Shown piece after piece: positions 46,442-57,868 of a stretch of DNA of 64,000 nt. Both the position numbers and the translations under genes were made by a program. The number at the start of each line of letters is the position of its first letter. Position 1 is the first letter of the stretch. The DNA lies in NCBI GenBank assembly GCA_048013815.1, contig CM106586.1:2046001-2110000 (forward strand). Direction: 5' to 3'. Source of the DNA: Setoptus koraiensis (Eukaryota; Animalia; Arthropoda). The notes beneath the pieces are model-generated. The model was not told the DNA's origin and did not search any database. It saw only the letters and a program-made list of their open reading frames with translations.

Positions 46442-46660
46442 TCAATTTTTTCCTCTATTTCTTCTTTCTATCCAATAGATTTCAATTTTTTCAGAAAATG
46501 AGACACTTTTCTTTTTCGGTTTGGTTGGTTGGTTGTTGGTTTCGGTCGGCTCCGGTCCCGGTATTTGGTCCGAAAATTGCCTAAATAGTTGGGCCATTTC
46601 TAAAAATAATTGTTCTAGTTTTTCTAGTTGTTTAACGACGTTGGCACGATCAAAATCCAT
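46442..46660 (-). CDS. Possible 72-aa microprotein with an RVxF-like motif
   Basis: ATG ORF, amphipathic N-terminal helix, KKKSVSFSEKIEIYWIER; size alone is not proof of coding. Confidence 0.35.
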   Translation of the reverse strand: MDFDRANVVKQLEKLEQLFLEMAQLFRQFSDQIPGPEPTETNNQPTKPKKKSVSFSEKIEIYWIERRNRGKN

Positions 46661-46811
46661 TGTGAAATGAATGTATAATAAAAAAGAGAAAAAAGAAGAA
46701 AAATCTAGAACTCGATTAAATTGTACAAAACAGTTTCTTATGAAGACAAAGTGATTGTCATTTTGATCATAGCGTCGATATTGGTCGTTGTTATTAGTAA
46801 CAAGTTAGTTA

Positions 46812-48920
46812 TTACACAGCAGGTTCATTTGACGTCTTCACGGGAAGCTGTTGAGGAATATCGATTCCGGCAATCGCTCCAAGATGAGACCGGTAATTGT
46901 TACACACGTACAGCGTGATAGTTTTTTGACCTCTCCAGGCGGCGAGTGGTAGGTCCATTTTCTCTTCAGAATCTTTGTCATCATGCTTGTACATGAGAAT
47001 GATGCTTCCGTAATCTAATTTCTCAAATTTCTCCTGAGCCAAGATATTGAATTCTTCAAAAGAGACGCCTCGGTCGTTTAATAGTAAGGTGAGATCAGGT
47101 TTATAAATTTCAACACACATATCCACGTTGATGTAAGGTAATAGACAATCGATACCATCTTGACATATTCTATATCCGGGGCCTGTTTTTGGATCGGAGC
47201 GACAAAATAATCTTACTCCACTATTGATTATCTTCACAGATTGATTTGAGTTCGTCTCTTGGTTAACAGAAATGAAATCTTTAGCTGATTTGGACACAAG
47301 ATAGATATGCCGCTTCCTGCCCTCTGTGCAGCGATGGACGAGCTGACCATAGGGAAACTTATCGTCTATTCTGTAAGCCTTTTTAATTGCCTGCCAGTCA
47401 GAGTCATTCTCATCAATGAAGATGAATGGATCTTCTTTAAAACCAGTGAATTTCATCTTCTTCTTCGATTTTTTTAAGCTTTGTTCGTCTGTCTTAGGAT
47501 CGTTCAAATAGTCCGAGTTGGTTTCCTTTTTTTTTTCAGCTAAATCTTCTTCCCACGGTAGATACTCTCCAACTTTGCGCAAAACTGCAACAAAAAATCC
47601 TCCTGTGTTTTGCAAATGAGGCAGTATCCTTATGCACCTCTCTAAGTTGAAACATTTAGCTGTTTCGGGACTCGGTGGAAACAAATTAGCTGTGACCTGA
47701 GTAGCATACTCGGGGGGGACATCAGAATGATTATCAATGATTTTCATATCTTTGCCCATGACGGTCCATTTACTCAAACCAGGAATAAATTTTAAATCAC
47801 TTATCCTGTTGCCAACATCTTCAAGAACAACACTTCCCTTACATATAGACAATAAAGACGATATGACAGCTTCGTCTTCAGTTGGATTGAAACTACATGT
47901 AGAATATACAAGGAGACCACCTTTCTTCAATAACTCCAAGCCCCTCTTCGCAATCTTATGTTGTACTCCGTGGAAGTTGTTAGAATTTGCGACGTTCCAT
48001 TTTTTCCAAACATCTAGATTTTTCCTTATTGTTCCATCGCCAGAGCACGGAACATCACACAAAACTCTGTCAAATTTTAAAGGAACTGTCTTCTGGCTCT
48101 GAGTGTCTACGGTGAAAAGAGGTGGCATTTTTGCCGCATCTTGATTTATGATAACGCAATTCGGTGAGTTTAGACGACTCGATTGATGCACAAGTAAGTA
48201 GCATCGCTTATTGTCTACGTCATTAGCAATGACAACTCCGTCTTTGAGGCCTCGATTTGGTTTTTTCGATAATGTATCACTTGCGTAAATATCATGCTGT
48301 AAATATTCAATCAATTGAGCTGTCTTGGAACCGGGTGCAGCACACATGTCGAGAATCGTTTGTCCTTTGTGGACATCCAACAAAAGTGGTGGTAACATAG
48401 AGACGGATTCTTGTCGGCTAATAAAACCAGTTTCTGTTTCAGCAATCAGAAATTTATGAAGTTGCTCTAGAATTGGAGATTTTCTTATATCGATGCGACT
48501 ATAGTTCATCTGCCATGCTAAATGGTTCGGGTACCAGCCGAGACATTGAAGTATAGGCTTGGACGAAGAGTTGTTCGAGATGCCCTCTTGATTGAGAACG
48601 ATAGATATATCATCTTGGTTAGTCAGTTTGGACGCATCTGTAGTAAGTAAACTTTCAAATTTATGCCCTTCAACGAGATCGCGTAGTATTCGTGCCTGTA
48701 CTGTACAGAACGTGTTTATCCTAAATGATGCAGGCAATGGTTCTAATAGTGATGCGGTGAATCGTGTCCATTCATCTGATGATAACATATTTTGTGCCTT
48801 GTAATAAGCAACAAAGTTATCATTTTTCTTCTCTATCGGAATGTAGTCATGACGCACTACCTTACTCTCCTTGGCTTTTCCACGGACCCTTTTGCGCGAT
48901 CTATTTTTGTTTGTCCTCAT
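46812..48920 (-). CDS. NSUN2: tRNA (cytosine-C5)-methyltransferase NSUN2, intronless
   Basis: ISRQESVSMLPP, LDMCAAPGSKTAQ, FDRVLCDVPCSGDGT, VYSTCSFNP, PHLQNTGGFF. Confidence 0.96.
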   Translation of the reverse strand: MRTNKNRSRKRVRGKAKESKVVRHDYIPIEKKNDNFVAYYKAQNMLSSDEWTRFTASLLEPLPASFRINTFCTVQARILRDLVEGHKFESLLTTDASKLTNQDDISIVLNQEGISNNSSSKPILQCLGWYPNHLAWQMNYSRIDIRKSPILEQLHKFLIAETETGFISRQESVSMLPPLLLDVHKGQTILDMCAAPGSKTAQLIEYLQHDIYASDTLSKKPNRGLKDGVVIANDVDNKRCYLLVHQSSRLNSPNCVIINQDAAKMPPLFTVDTQSQKTVPLKFDRVLCDVPCSGDGTIRKNLDVWKKWNVANSNNFHGVQHKIAKRGLELLKKGGLLVYSTCSFNPTEDEAVISSLLSICKGSVVLEDVGNRISDLKFIPGLSKWTVMGKDMKIIDNHSDVPPEYATQVTANLFPPSPETAKCFNLERCIRILPHLQNTGGFFVAVLRKVGEYLPWEEDLAEKKKETNSDYLNDPKTDEQSLKKSKKKMKFTGFKEDPFIFIDENDSDWQAIKKAYRIDDKFPYGQLVHRCTEGRKRHIYLVSKSAKDFISVNQETNSNQSVKIINSGVRLFCRSDPKTGPGYRICQDGIDCLLPYINVDMCVEIYKPDLTLLLNDRGVSFEEFNILAQEKFEKLDYGSIILMYKHDDKDSEEKMDLPLAAWRGQKTITLYVCNNYRSHLGAIAGIDIPQQLPVKTSNEPAV

Positions 48921-49526
48921 GATTGGTGATTATTAATTATTGTTAGTATGTGCTTGCAGGGCTATTCATAAAATATTTATAGTGTATAATAGAGGCTCGC
49001 AAATACGAGAGAATATTAGAAAACGTTAGCTAGTATATTCGAAATCAAGTAACACGTGGATCTAATGGTCGTGAGGACAGGCGCGGCTGCAATGCCGACA
49101 TAATTGGGTATAGTATAGAGGGCGTGCATATTCTGAGCAATACCTCGGCTTGGCCTATAAGAATTGCGTTAGATTTGATACTATTGCGAACGTACAGTAG
49201 CCGAGATACTATTCATTTGGTCAACTCAACTTATCTTCGAATGATGAAGATAGGATCCCAATAAGTTTTATATTCATCCCAACGAATATAAAACTTATTC
49301 AATGACTCTAAACCTGTGTACCTGTGTTCAAGGTACAACTGTTTGTGCGCATCGAATGTCTACCTGAACAGATGGGCATGCGGATGCTTGAGAAAACGGG
49401 CCATATGTGCTCTTTTACAAGTTAGATGCAATTATAAATGAAACAATATTATAAAAAGATTATTTTATTAATCGAAATGATATTTCATATTCCATACAGT
49501 TGACACTTCAAAACATATTCCTCCAA

Positions 49527-50333
49527 ATGGGTGCTAGAGATATCGACACCTCTTTATGGCTACATAACAAATTAGGGACTAGCAATGATCAATGGAGTGG
49601 CACCACCATCGTATCACAATTAAACCAGGATCTTCTCAGAAATATCAGAGACTGCTTTACAGAGTTGCAACCCCAAGTCAAGATAAAAATACTTCTCTCG
49701 AGTATGCACATAGCTCGCAAAAATGTCGAAGAATGGAGGCACCAGTTAAATGAGATATTCGAGTTAGCTGTGGTAGATTCAGATCAATGGGTTTCCACAA
49801 TAGCTGAGTTATTGAAAACTTACCCAGAGAATTTCCAGATCAACTTGCAGATTGAAGAAAATGGAAAAGTTTTCACTGAGCTGATATCCGACCTGAAAAA
49901 GCTGGTCAAGAAAAGTGACTCCGACAGAGTAATGTTGCCCATGGAATGCCTTTATCTTAATAAAAATGCCATGACAGCGCTAGTTGGTTCACTAAGTCCC
50001 ATGGAGAAGCATTTCACTTTGATTCGTAAGCCAAAATCAGCTGCTCTGAGGGCCGAACTTCTGCAGCGCTCTAGTGACGCAGTTAGCGGAAGAAAGAGTG
50101 GTGTCGGACCTATGATTCCCATAAGATGTAGAGGGGTGACTGGCGACTCGACACCATTGCGCGCCATATCCACTAAAAGTATTCTCCCCTACGCTAGTAA
50201 ATCGAAGACGAAACAATCGCTAAAGCCGAGGGATGGTGGTATCAAGCTTCTGGATATAGCTGAACAGCCTTTGAGTGCGAAGGAGGCCAAACGACGAAAG
50301 AAGACCGTGTCGGAAGAAACGAAGGAAGAATAG
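49527..50333 (+). CDS. NELFA: Negative elongation factor A (short, 268 aa), intronless
   Basis: DTSLWLHNKLGTSNDQWSG, IRDCFTELQPQVKIKILLS, VMLPMECLYLNKNA, KHFTLIRKPKSAALRAELL, GGIKLLDI...AKRRKK. Confidence 0.92.
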   Translation: MGARDIDTSLWLHNKLGTSNDQWSGTTIVSQLNQDLLRNIRDCFTELQPQVKIKILLSSMHIARKNVEEWRHQLNEIFELAVVDSDQWVSTIAELLKTYPENFQINLQIEENGKVFTELISDLKKLVKKSDSDRVMLPMECLYLNKNAMTALVGSLSPMEKHFTLIRKPKSAALRAELLQRSSDAVSGRKSGVGPMIPIRCRGVTGDSTPLRAISTKSILPYASKSKTKQSLKPRDGGIKLLDIAEQPLSAKEAKRRKKTVSEETKEE

Positions 50334-50455
50334 AATTCTTAGAAATCGCACGTACGAATGTATCAAACTGAGAAACGTGAATATATGTGAATTTTGTGTA
50401 TGTTTATATTATGTTTTTATATTTAGGCGCTTTCTGATATAGATGTGCAATCTAA

Positions 50456-53428
50456 TTAGTACAAGGGTCTTGGGCGGTGTGCTCCTCTAAAGCGGTCTTC
50501 ATTTCCATCTCTCGAACGACTTCGAGACCTACGGGGTAGAAGAGTGCGAGATATAGGAAGATTTGAACCACGATTAAGAAGTGACGGGCCAGTGTTGGGA
50601 TATATTGATCCTACTTGCTGTTGTCTACTCATCCATGGTTGCCTGCCAGGGGATACTCGAGATTGGTAACCTTGTGGCTCACGCCGAGTAGGATAATATG
50701 ATTGATTTTTTGTCTGTATAGGTGAGATTTGTCGTATACGCGAGCCGCGATCCCTAGGAATGATGCGCGGTGGTGATCGAGATGGTCTTGGACGCATTGG
50801 AGATCTTGCAGAGTGACTCTGTCGAAATTTCGGGGGTGTCCTGGAAGTACTTCGCGACTTGGATTTTCTTCTAGGCGAGATTCGCCGCCTTCTTCGCGAT
50901 CGCGAAGAGGACCCTGAAGAAACTTCAGAGCTTGATCTATATACTGTCTTAGATGGAGGCGAAGTGCGACGCGGCCTACGGGGAGACCTAGACCTTCTAG
51001 ACTCTGATAGCTTGCGTCTCGGTGATGGACTATTTCGTCTTCTAGAAACACTCGCGTGAACTTTTTTATGACCTGATGTGTTTCTATCGTCTCTACTACG
51101 GATATCACCGGGACCAGAAGAAAGATGCTTCTGCTCTCTCTTCTTTCTCATTTCTTCTCGATATTTCTCTCTCTCCGCAATTTGTTCCTCACTCAAGGGT
51201 AACCAAAAGATACAGGGTGTTGCCACGGTCTTCTTGAACAAGTCATCCAGCATCTTCACGGTAGATTTACCGTTTTCTTCGTTGTCTGCTTGATTACTGT
51301 CACCATGCTGTCGCTTGGAGTTCTCAGGTGATCTTGATGTGTGCTTACGTTTGTGATTCAGTTCGTCTTCTGCGACTCTTTCACCGAGCCTATTCCTCAG
51401 GCTATCTTTATTTGTTTTCATTGTCTCCGACTTAAGTTTTCCCTCGCCAGGAATGTCATCCTCGAGCTTGCCACCTAGTCTGTCGGCCATAATTGACTTG
51501 GAAGTAGTGCTCGCTGCGACAGCGTTGCTGTCGTCTTGGTCATCGTTAGTACTGGCTTCATTGTTAACCTCTTTAATATTGGCATCCTCGACCGGTTTGG
51601 GACGATCCATAAGCAGATAATTGTCCAAGTCTTCCACTGTTAGGAAGTCTACATTTAATGTTTTGAGGTTAGATGAAGGCCATTGCTGACCGTGCAAAAA
51701 TTCACGAGAGATCTTGGCGGCTTCTACGCTCTCATATTGTACGCAACATTTTGATTTTACTCTATCTGTCCAAAATCTTCCGTCAATTATGGGGCCGTGT
51801 TTAGTCAAGACTTCTTTCAGTTGCCCCAATGTGAAAGGCCTCACTAGATTCTGTATAAAAAGGACTGGGCTAGGTTCATTCTTAGCGGGCGTTGCCGATC
51901 GTCCTGATGAATCTTCTTCTGAGGTGTCCTTCAACTTAATCTGTTCGTCTTGTATTTGATTGATTTTATCGTTCGAATCAGTAGTGGCTGTTTTTGAAAC
52001 ATCTTCATTAGAGCTATCTTTACTCTCAACTTTGAAAGATGAACCGATCAAGTCATCTTTCATATCTTCATCTGTACCAATGAGGTTATTAAGCGAAATA
52101 TCATCTTTAACCTCGATAATTGGTGCATCATTTACTTTGTTGGATTGTTTAGTAGAACTATTTGTGTCTAGATCTGGTATCAATTCCAGGAGCTTTTGCG
52201 ATGAGAGGCCTCTATTTAACATAGATGACTGCTGCTTTGATGAATCATTGTCAGTCTTAGACGACCAGCGGCGTTTCTTATCTTTTTTCAACCTTTGTGT
52301 GGGTTCTGTCTTGGCAGAGTCTTTAGTTTCATCGCCATTGGACTGCGCTGGAGCGTTTGGAGTTTCCGAAGTTACAACTACAGTATCAGTTGCACTATCT
52401 AAGTTAGAGGATCGGTTTTCAATCATACATGAGTTCTCATTTGAGTTAGACTTGGCTGTAGATGAGAAATCGAGATCATCTGCAGGTTCCTTGATTTGCA
52501 ATTTGTGAATTTGGCTATCATTTTGCGGTATGTCAGACTCAACCTCGAGATGTTGCTGACTCGTTTCATCGTTCCTTGTTATTTCATGAGAATATGATGA
52601 TGTATTGGATGGATCATTTGTTTTAGATACTTCCGATTCTTCGGCATTATCGTTTGTGGCTACCGACAACCCTATAGTCTTATTTGCTTCAGAGTCTTGG
52701 ATCTGATCAATCGATACGTTAGTAGTTTCAGGAGTGGCGATCCTTTCATCAGAAGTTTGCGCTATGTCATTGATTGTCTGGTCGTTGCACTTCGCGTCTG
52801 CATCGTCTTCAGTCAGCTTGTCCTGTATTTGCGTTATTTGGCTCGGCACAACTTCTATGCTCGTGTCCAGCTTTGAAGGATGCGAGTCAAGAGCAGGATT
52901 AAGTTCTTGATTCACCCTCATGTCGATCGGTGGCTGATTGTTTATGGCATCCTCGGAATCAAGTTGTTGATGCTCAGTAGAAGACTGAGAAACAAAAGTT
53001 TGCTGATAATGCTGCTTCTGTGGGTGCTGCTGCAGATCAAGGGGTTCACTCATCATAACTTGATGCAGTTGTTGCAGTTGTTGTTTTTGTTGTATATCAA
53101 AGTTTGGAGATATAGTGTAAGGAGGGTGTTGTGATTGTTGATGTTGCTGTAGCTGATCAATTCGTTGTTGTATTAACAATTGCTGATTAGCAATGACGTT
53201 ATCATCTATAGATTGAGGCAAATTATCATGTACGTGATGTTGCTCAAATTGATTGGTATGTGAGGTCTGACCAGATGAGGTTCTCAAAATTGCTGCACGC
53301 AGTCGGTCAATCAGCTCTTTCTTATTGCCTGATTTTGTAAGTGATCTTTTAGTGAGCTCGTCTCTCAATTCAGCTACCTTAAGGCTGGATATAGGTCTGC
53401 CTAAAGCTTCAACACATTCGTCGTCCAT
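50456..53428 (-). CDS. ACIN1: Acinus (SAP domain, RRM, RSB motif, RS-rich tail), intronless
   Basis: LKVAELRDELTKRSLTKSGNKKELIDRL, LFIQNLVRPFTLGQLKEVL, WPSSNLKTLNVDF, LDDLFKKTVATPCIFWLPL. Confidence 0.93.
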   Translation of the reverse strand: MDDECVEALGRPISSLKVAELRDELTKRSLTKSGNKKELIDRLRAAILRTSSGQTSHTNQFEQHHVHDNLPQSIDDNVIANQQLLIQQRIDQLQQHQQSQHPPYTISPNFDIQQKQQLQQLHQVMMSEPLDLQQHPQKQHYQQTFVSQSSTEHQQLDSEDAINNQPPIDMRVNQELNPALDSHPSKLDTSIEVVPSQITQIQDKLTEDDADAKCNDQTINDIAQTSDERIATPETTNVSIDQIQDSEANKTIGLSVATNDNAEESEVSKTNDPSNTSSYSHEITRNDETSQQHLEVESDIPQNDSQIHKLQIKEPADDLDFSSTAKSNSNENSCMIENRSSNLDSATDTVVVTSETPNAPAQSNGDETKDSAKTEPTQRLKKDKKRRWSSKTDNDSSKQQSSMLNRGLSSQKLLELIPDLDTNSSTKQSNKVNDAPIIEVKDDISLNNLIGTDEDMKDDLIGSSFKVESKDSSNEDVSKTATTDSNDKINQIQDEQIKLKDTSEEDSSGRSATPAKNEPSPVLFIQNLVRPFTLGQLKEVLTKHGPIIDGRFWTDRVKSKCCVQYESVEAAKISREFLHGQQWPSSNLKTLNVDFLTVEDLDNYLLMDRPKPVEDANIKEVNNEASTNDDQDDSNAVAASTTSKSIMADRLGGKLEDDIPGEGKLKSETMKTNKDSLRNRLGERVAEDELNHKRKHTSRSPENSKRQHGDSNQADNEENGKSTVKMLDDLFKKTVATPCIFWLPLSEEQIAEREKYREEMRKKREQKHLSSGPGDIRSRDDRNTSGHKKVHASVSRRRNSPSPRRKLSESRRSRSPRRPRRTSPPSKTVYRSSSEVSSGSSSRSRRRRRISPRRKSKSRSTSRTPPKFRQSHSARSPMRPRPSRSPPRIIPRDRGSRIRQISPIQTKNQSYYPTRREPQGYQSRVSPGRQPWMSRQQQVGSIYPNTGPSLLNRGSNLPISRTLLPRRSRSRSRDGNEDRFRGAHRPRPLY

Positions 53429-56413
53429 TTTGATGCAGGTTTTTTAATAAAGGGGAGTGTCGTGTTTCCTCTTTCTTTCTAAATATATAAATATGTCTCT
53501 TTGATTTCTTATTGCTAACGTTGCTTGTTAATTTAAATATATGGTCTCGTAGTTAGAGTGTCCGTTTATTTGTGTGATAAATTTTGTATGTGTTAACATG
53601 AATATAGTTATAAATATATGTATATATTTATGGGTGCCTGTTTGTTGCCTTGTGGTTTATTTGAGCATATGAGAAAATTGTTAGACGAATTGAGTTAAGT
53701 ATCAATAGAAATAATGTCGGCATGAATGTTCAGCAAAATGACAATGATAACAAGAGGCCGATATAATCTAATCATCAATAGTGATTGCAAATTTACAGTA
53801 ATGTGTGTTTGTCTATAATAATTGTTGAAAATTAGGCTCGTAATGTAACATGATGTTTGGGCTGATTCACAATTATATTCTGCATCCTTGCGGAGAGTAG
53901 TAGTGTGCCGTATTAATTCACAGCATTCATCAGCAGCAATATACTGGCGGTAGTCTATAGTTGTTGCAGTAGCATTGGCATCAGAAAATAAGTTCATGCA
54001 CTCACAACCAATGTACAAATCTCATGTTCACTATTCACTCTGGAATAGTGGTGTGCTCGCTATTGCAAAGCGCTCAAACTTTCACGTTTTTACTATTACT
54101 ACTGTATAGTTTATCGGACGAAAATTAGTGCTGGCGAGCCTGTCATGTGCAAGCACAGTCAGCAACTCACTATCCGATGTGCGCCTCGGATGCTCGTCGT
54201 TTATATTCAACGATCTGTGTGTTGTGTCGGTGCGCTCACTTTAGATTCACCCTATACCATATACACAATTCAACAGTACAGTGAGCCAGTGTAATAAGCG
54301 ACACACATGAAAACTGCATTGCAGCATGAATGTGTTTATCTCTGGTCTACGAATGTAGTACAGGGTGTTTCAGCTTGATAGTTCTACTATGACATGCCTA
54401 CAACATGGGTGTGCATCTTGAAATGAACGAAGATGCATGCAGTGTGTGCGCTTTTTCCAATGTCCTTCGGCGAACTTTATTTATATTCCGCCAGGAGCGC
54501 GCAGAGCGTGCTCGGATGTACACACAAGCACAGAGTGTTTCTTCAAATGTTTATTTATTTTGACTCTATTGAGCTTGCATGCAACTACATGAAGGCACGT
54601 GTTTTTGGACGCGAGGTGGCGCACGCCTGTTCATATTAAAATAAGCACTCCGCAGGATCTACTACTCGCTCTCAAACTCTATTGGATAAACCAAGTACGC
54701 CGCCCTGGCGGAATAAAAAAAAATAACCAGCAGACTTTAGGAAGAGCTCACACAGTACAAGCACATATCCTACTCATGTTGATACTGTGCTGAACATGCT
54801 CAATAGCCGATTCTACAATCACGACACGAAACAGAGCCGACACGAGCGGCACATCACAGATCTAAAGAACGATCTGTGCTTGTGCGCGGCACGTCGCATT
54901 GAATGTCTGTTGGTTCCCAAAAAGGGACTCACACAGGGCTTTCTCATTGTAACAATTCTCTGTGACACACTGTGTACTGAGTGCGCCTTTTCCAATACAT
55001 ATCGGTTTATTAGCTCTCCTCGTTCAGTGATGCCTGGTAACAGTTGGTGAAAAAGAAGTTCTCCATTTGCAGAGCATTTCGAGTTGACTCATTACTTACT
55101 CGCCTAATTTGAACTTCAGTAAATATGACTAACTTTGTTATAAACCGAGAAAGTTGCAACATTCGTTTCAGCACAAACAAATGACATTCTTTTTTATAAT
55201 GAATGATGCTCAACTGGCGGTCCGAATGTTAAATCAACACGTATTCTATATTGCTCTGTCGCGAGGACTAGACTGTCTAACTCACAAGCAAACTTATGAA
55301 TAAATATTTCACTAGCACTTCTCATGCAATGGAAAACGTATTTAGCTGTAACAGAGCCTACACACTTGCCAAGCTGATTTTTCTATCGTAGAGTTTCTAC
55401 GAGGCGAAGCGCGTATAGAAATCTATTCAGATGTAGCGACGAGATTCTGTAATATGTGAACGTGCAAGTTATACGGCGTCAAGGTGATGAAATCAACGGG
55501 CAAAAACCACAAAACCTTTCTCTGAGTAGTGAGAGTTCACCATTCTTTGTGAACCCAGACATGAGCTGAACTAGAAATTACGTTGGGCTCTAGCTAGCAA
55601 GTTCTGGCTCTCTTCTGTTCGGATGATCATCCAAAAGTCGTTTCGAATTTTTCAACTGAACACCCTGTGATACATATGCGCATAATGTAGCAGCGTGCTG
55701 CATGCTGCGTGCTGTGTGTATGTGTTTACTCGTTTCAGCAGTCAACAAAACAAAAAACAAAATATATGTGCTAGCAGTAGTATAGAAAGTGAACAGAAAA
55801 ATTCGTTGGAAATCGAACTGTTATGCCACGATTCTTCCCTACTGGAGACAAGAGGCGCTCGAGTAAATCTGCAATGTACTTTACTTTTGATTGCACACAT
55901 AACAGATACAATTTTGATTTCATATCTCACAACATAGAGATGCTAAATACATATAGCATCTAAATACATGTTAAGCTTATTAGTTATATATATATAATTC
56001 AATTTATTCAATCAGCAACATATCTGATAGGGAATCCAGTGAATTGTGGCTCAAGATAAACCACAAGGAAAAACAAAAATAAGCGCGCTAATGGAGCTGA
56101 TCTCTGGCGCGTAGCAGAGACAAATATCAAGATCATAATAATCACGTAATCATCTTTAACTGGTGAATTATTTTGAATAGAAATAAATTCTTCGAAAACA
56201 ATCTGCTATTAGTCGAAAATTTCATGAAACAACAACAACAACGACCAATTCAAATATCATCAATTCATAATGTTCGCAACAAACACACTTATGTATGGAA
56301 TAATTACATCAATCTACGTGTGAATATCAATATTGGCTGCAATTGAATTTAGATAGAATCATTAAAAAGATTGTAACAATTTCAAACGACGTCAACCCAA
56401 TTCAATTATTAAA

Positions 56414-57868
56414 ATGTCTGTACTGGAACAGATAAAGACAATCGCTGGAACTCGATCTCACATAAGCGAACTTGAAAAAAATAAACTTTACTTTGCTTCT
56501 TTACCGAAAAAGACCAGGAAAGAATGGGACAAACGAGAGATCAAGGGACGATTTCGTTGCTTCACTGTAGACACCGATCCCGACTTTCATTATGAAGGCT
56601 TTCACGCTGATTTTGGCCCTTTGAATTTAGCGATGATTCATCGTTTTTGTTGTCTTCTCGATAACGGTCTACAAGAGATTGAATCGTTACCGAAACCTGA
56701 AAGAGCTATCATATTCATGACCACATTTGAAGATCCAGAGAAAAGAGTCAATGCAACATTTCTCATTGCAGCTGCAGCAATCGTTTTATTGAAAAAGGAT
56801 CCCAAATATTTGCGAGACGCTCTCTGTAGATCTCAGTCCCTATCAGGCAGAAGAGATGCTACTGCATTTATACCTTTCAGAGACGTAAGTGGTAATACAT
56901 CAAACCCATTTGAATTAACAGTGTGGCACTGTATAGAATCCATGTATAAAGCAGTCAATCTCAGATTATATAACTATAATACATTTGACAAGGATGAATA
57001 CCTGCATTATGAACAAGTGCAATTTGGTGATCTCAATTGGATTGTGCCAAACAAACTTATGGCATTCTGTGGACCACGCGAAGAGGAACTATTGAACGAC
57101 ACAATATGCTGGCACTCTCCAGAATTTTACCACGACTATTTCAAGGCGAAGAATGTGACTGACATTGTAAGGTTGAACAACAGAGACTACGACTCTAGCA
57201 GATTCAAGAAAATGGGTTTCAATCATCATGAACTTTACTTTCCAGATGGGTCGGCACCAACGGAAAATATCGCAAACATTTTCCTGGACATCGTGGATTC
57301 TGCTGCTGGCGCTGTTGCAGTGCATTGTGCGGCTGGAATCGGTCGAACGGGAACTTTAATTGCATGTTGGATCATGAAACATTATAAATTCACAGCAGAG
57401 CAGAGTATTGCATGGGTTCGCATCGCGAGACCTGGCTCTATAATCGGACCCCAGCAAAACTGGCTAAGAATCAAACAAAGATGGTTATGGGCTCAACACT
57501 CTGCTATCTGTCAGCTTGATTGTGATTGCTCAGAGCTTGCTCACATGGAAAAATCAGTTACGAGGATCAAGGCTGCTCCTCTCAGCAACTATTACCCTGA
57601 GTTTGTCCAACCTAGATACGAACTAAGAGGCAGGTGTCCTGTTGTAGACATCAATAAAGAATATGTCGTGGAAGAGGGGGGCAAAAGTGTGGTCTACATG
57701 ATTCGTTCACGTCGTGTAAAAGCACAGCAAAGGTCCTCAAGTCAGGGAGGAACAACAATGAACAAACAAGCTACTCAACTTCTATCAAGCAAATATGAGA
57801 AAGAAAAAGCCAAAAATACAAGAGAGAAAGTCTCTAAAACTAATCGAATCGGGAATGCGCTCTTTTAA
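56414..57868 (+). CDS. CDC14: CDC14 dual-specificity phosphatase, intronless
   Basis: YEGFHADFGPLNLAMIHRFC, YEQVQFGDLNWIVP, IVRLNN..YD, LYFPDGS, VHCAAGIGRTG, WVRIARPGSIIGPQQ. Confidence 0.94.
   Translation: MSVLEQIKTIAGTRSHISELEKNKLYFASLPKKTRKEWDKREIKGRFRCFTVDTDPDFHYEGFHADFGPLNLAMIHRFCCLLDNGLQEIESLPKPERAIIFMTTFEDPEKRVNATFLIAAAAIVLLKKDPKYLRDALCRSQSLSGRRDATAFIPFRDVSGNTSNPFELTVWHCIESMYKAVNLRLYNYNTFDKDEYLHYEQVQFGDLNWIVPNKLMAFCGPREEELLNDTICWHSPEFYHDYFKAKNVTDIVRLNNRDYDSSRFKKMGFNHHELYFPDGSAPTENIANIFLDIVDSAAGAVAVHCAAGIGRTGTLIACWIMKHYKFTAEQSIAWVRIARPGSIIGPQQNWLRIKQRWLWAQHSAICQLDCDCSELAHMEKSVTRIKAAPLSNYYPEFVQPRYELRGRCPVVDINKEYVVEEGGKSVVYMIRSRRVKAQQRSSSQGGTTMNKQATQLLSSKYEKEKAKNTREKVSKTNRIGNALF

Noticed and set aside
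53500-56400. Short ORFs between Acinus and CDC14
   Set aside because: No recognisable domains or coding-like composition; treated as regulatory or intergenic DNA.
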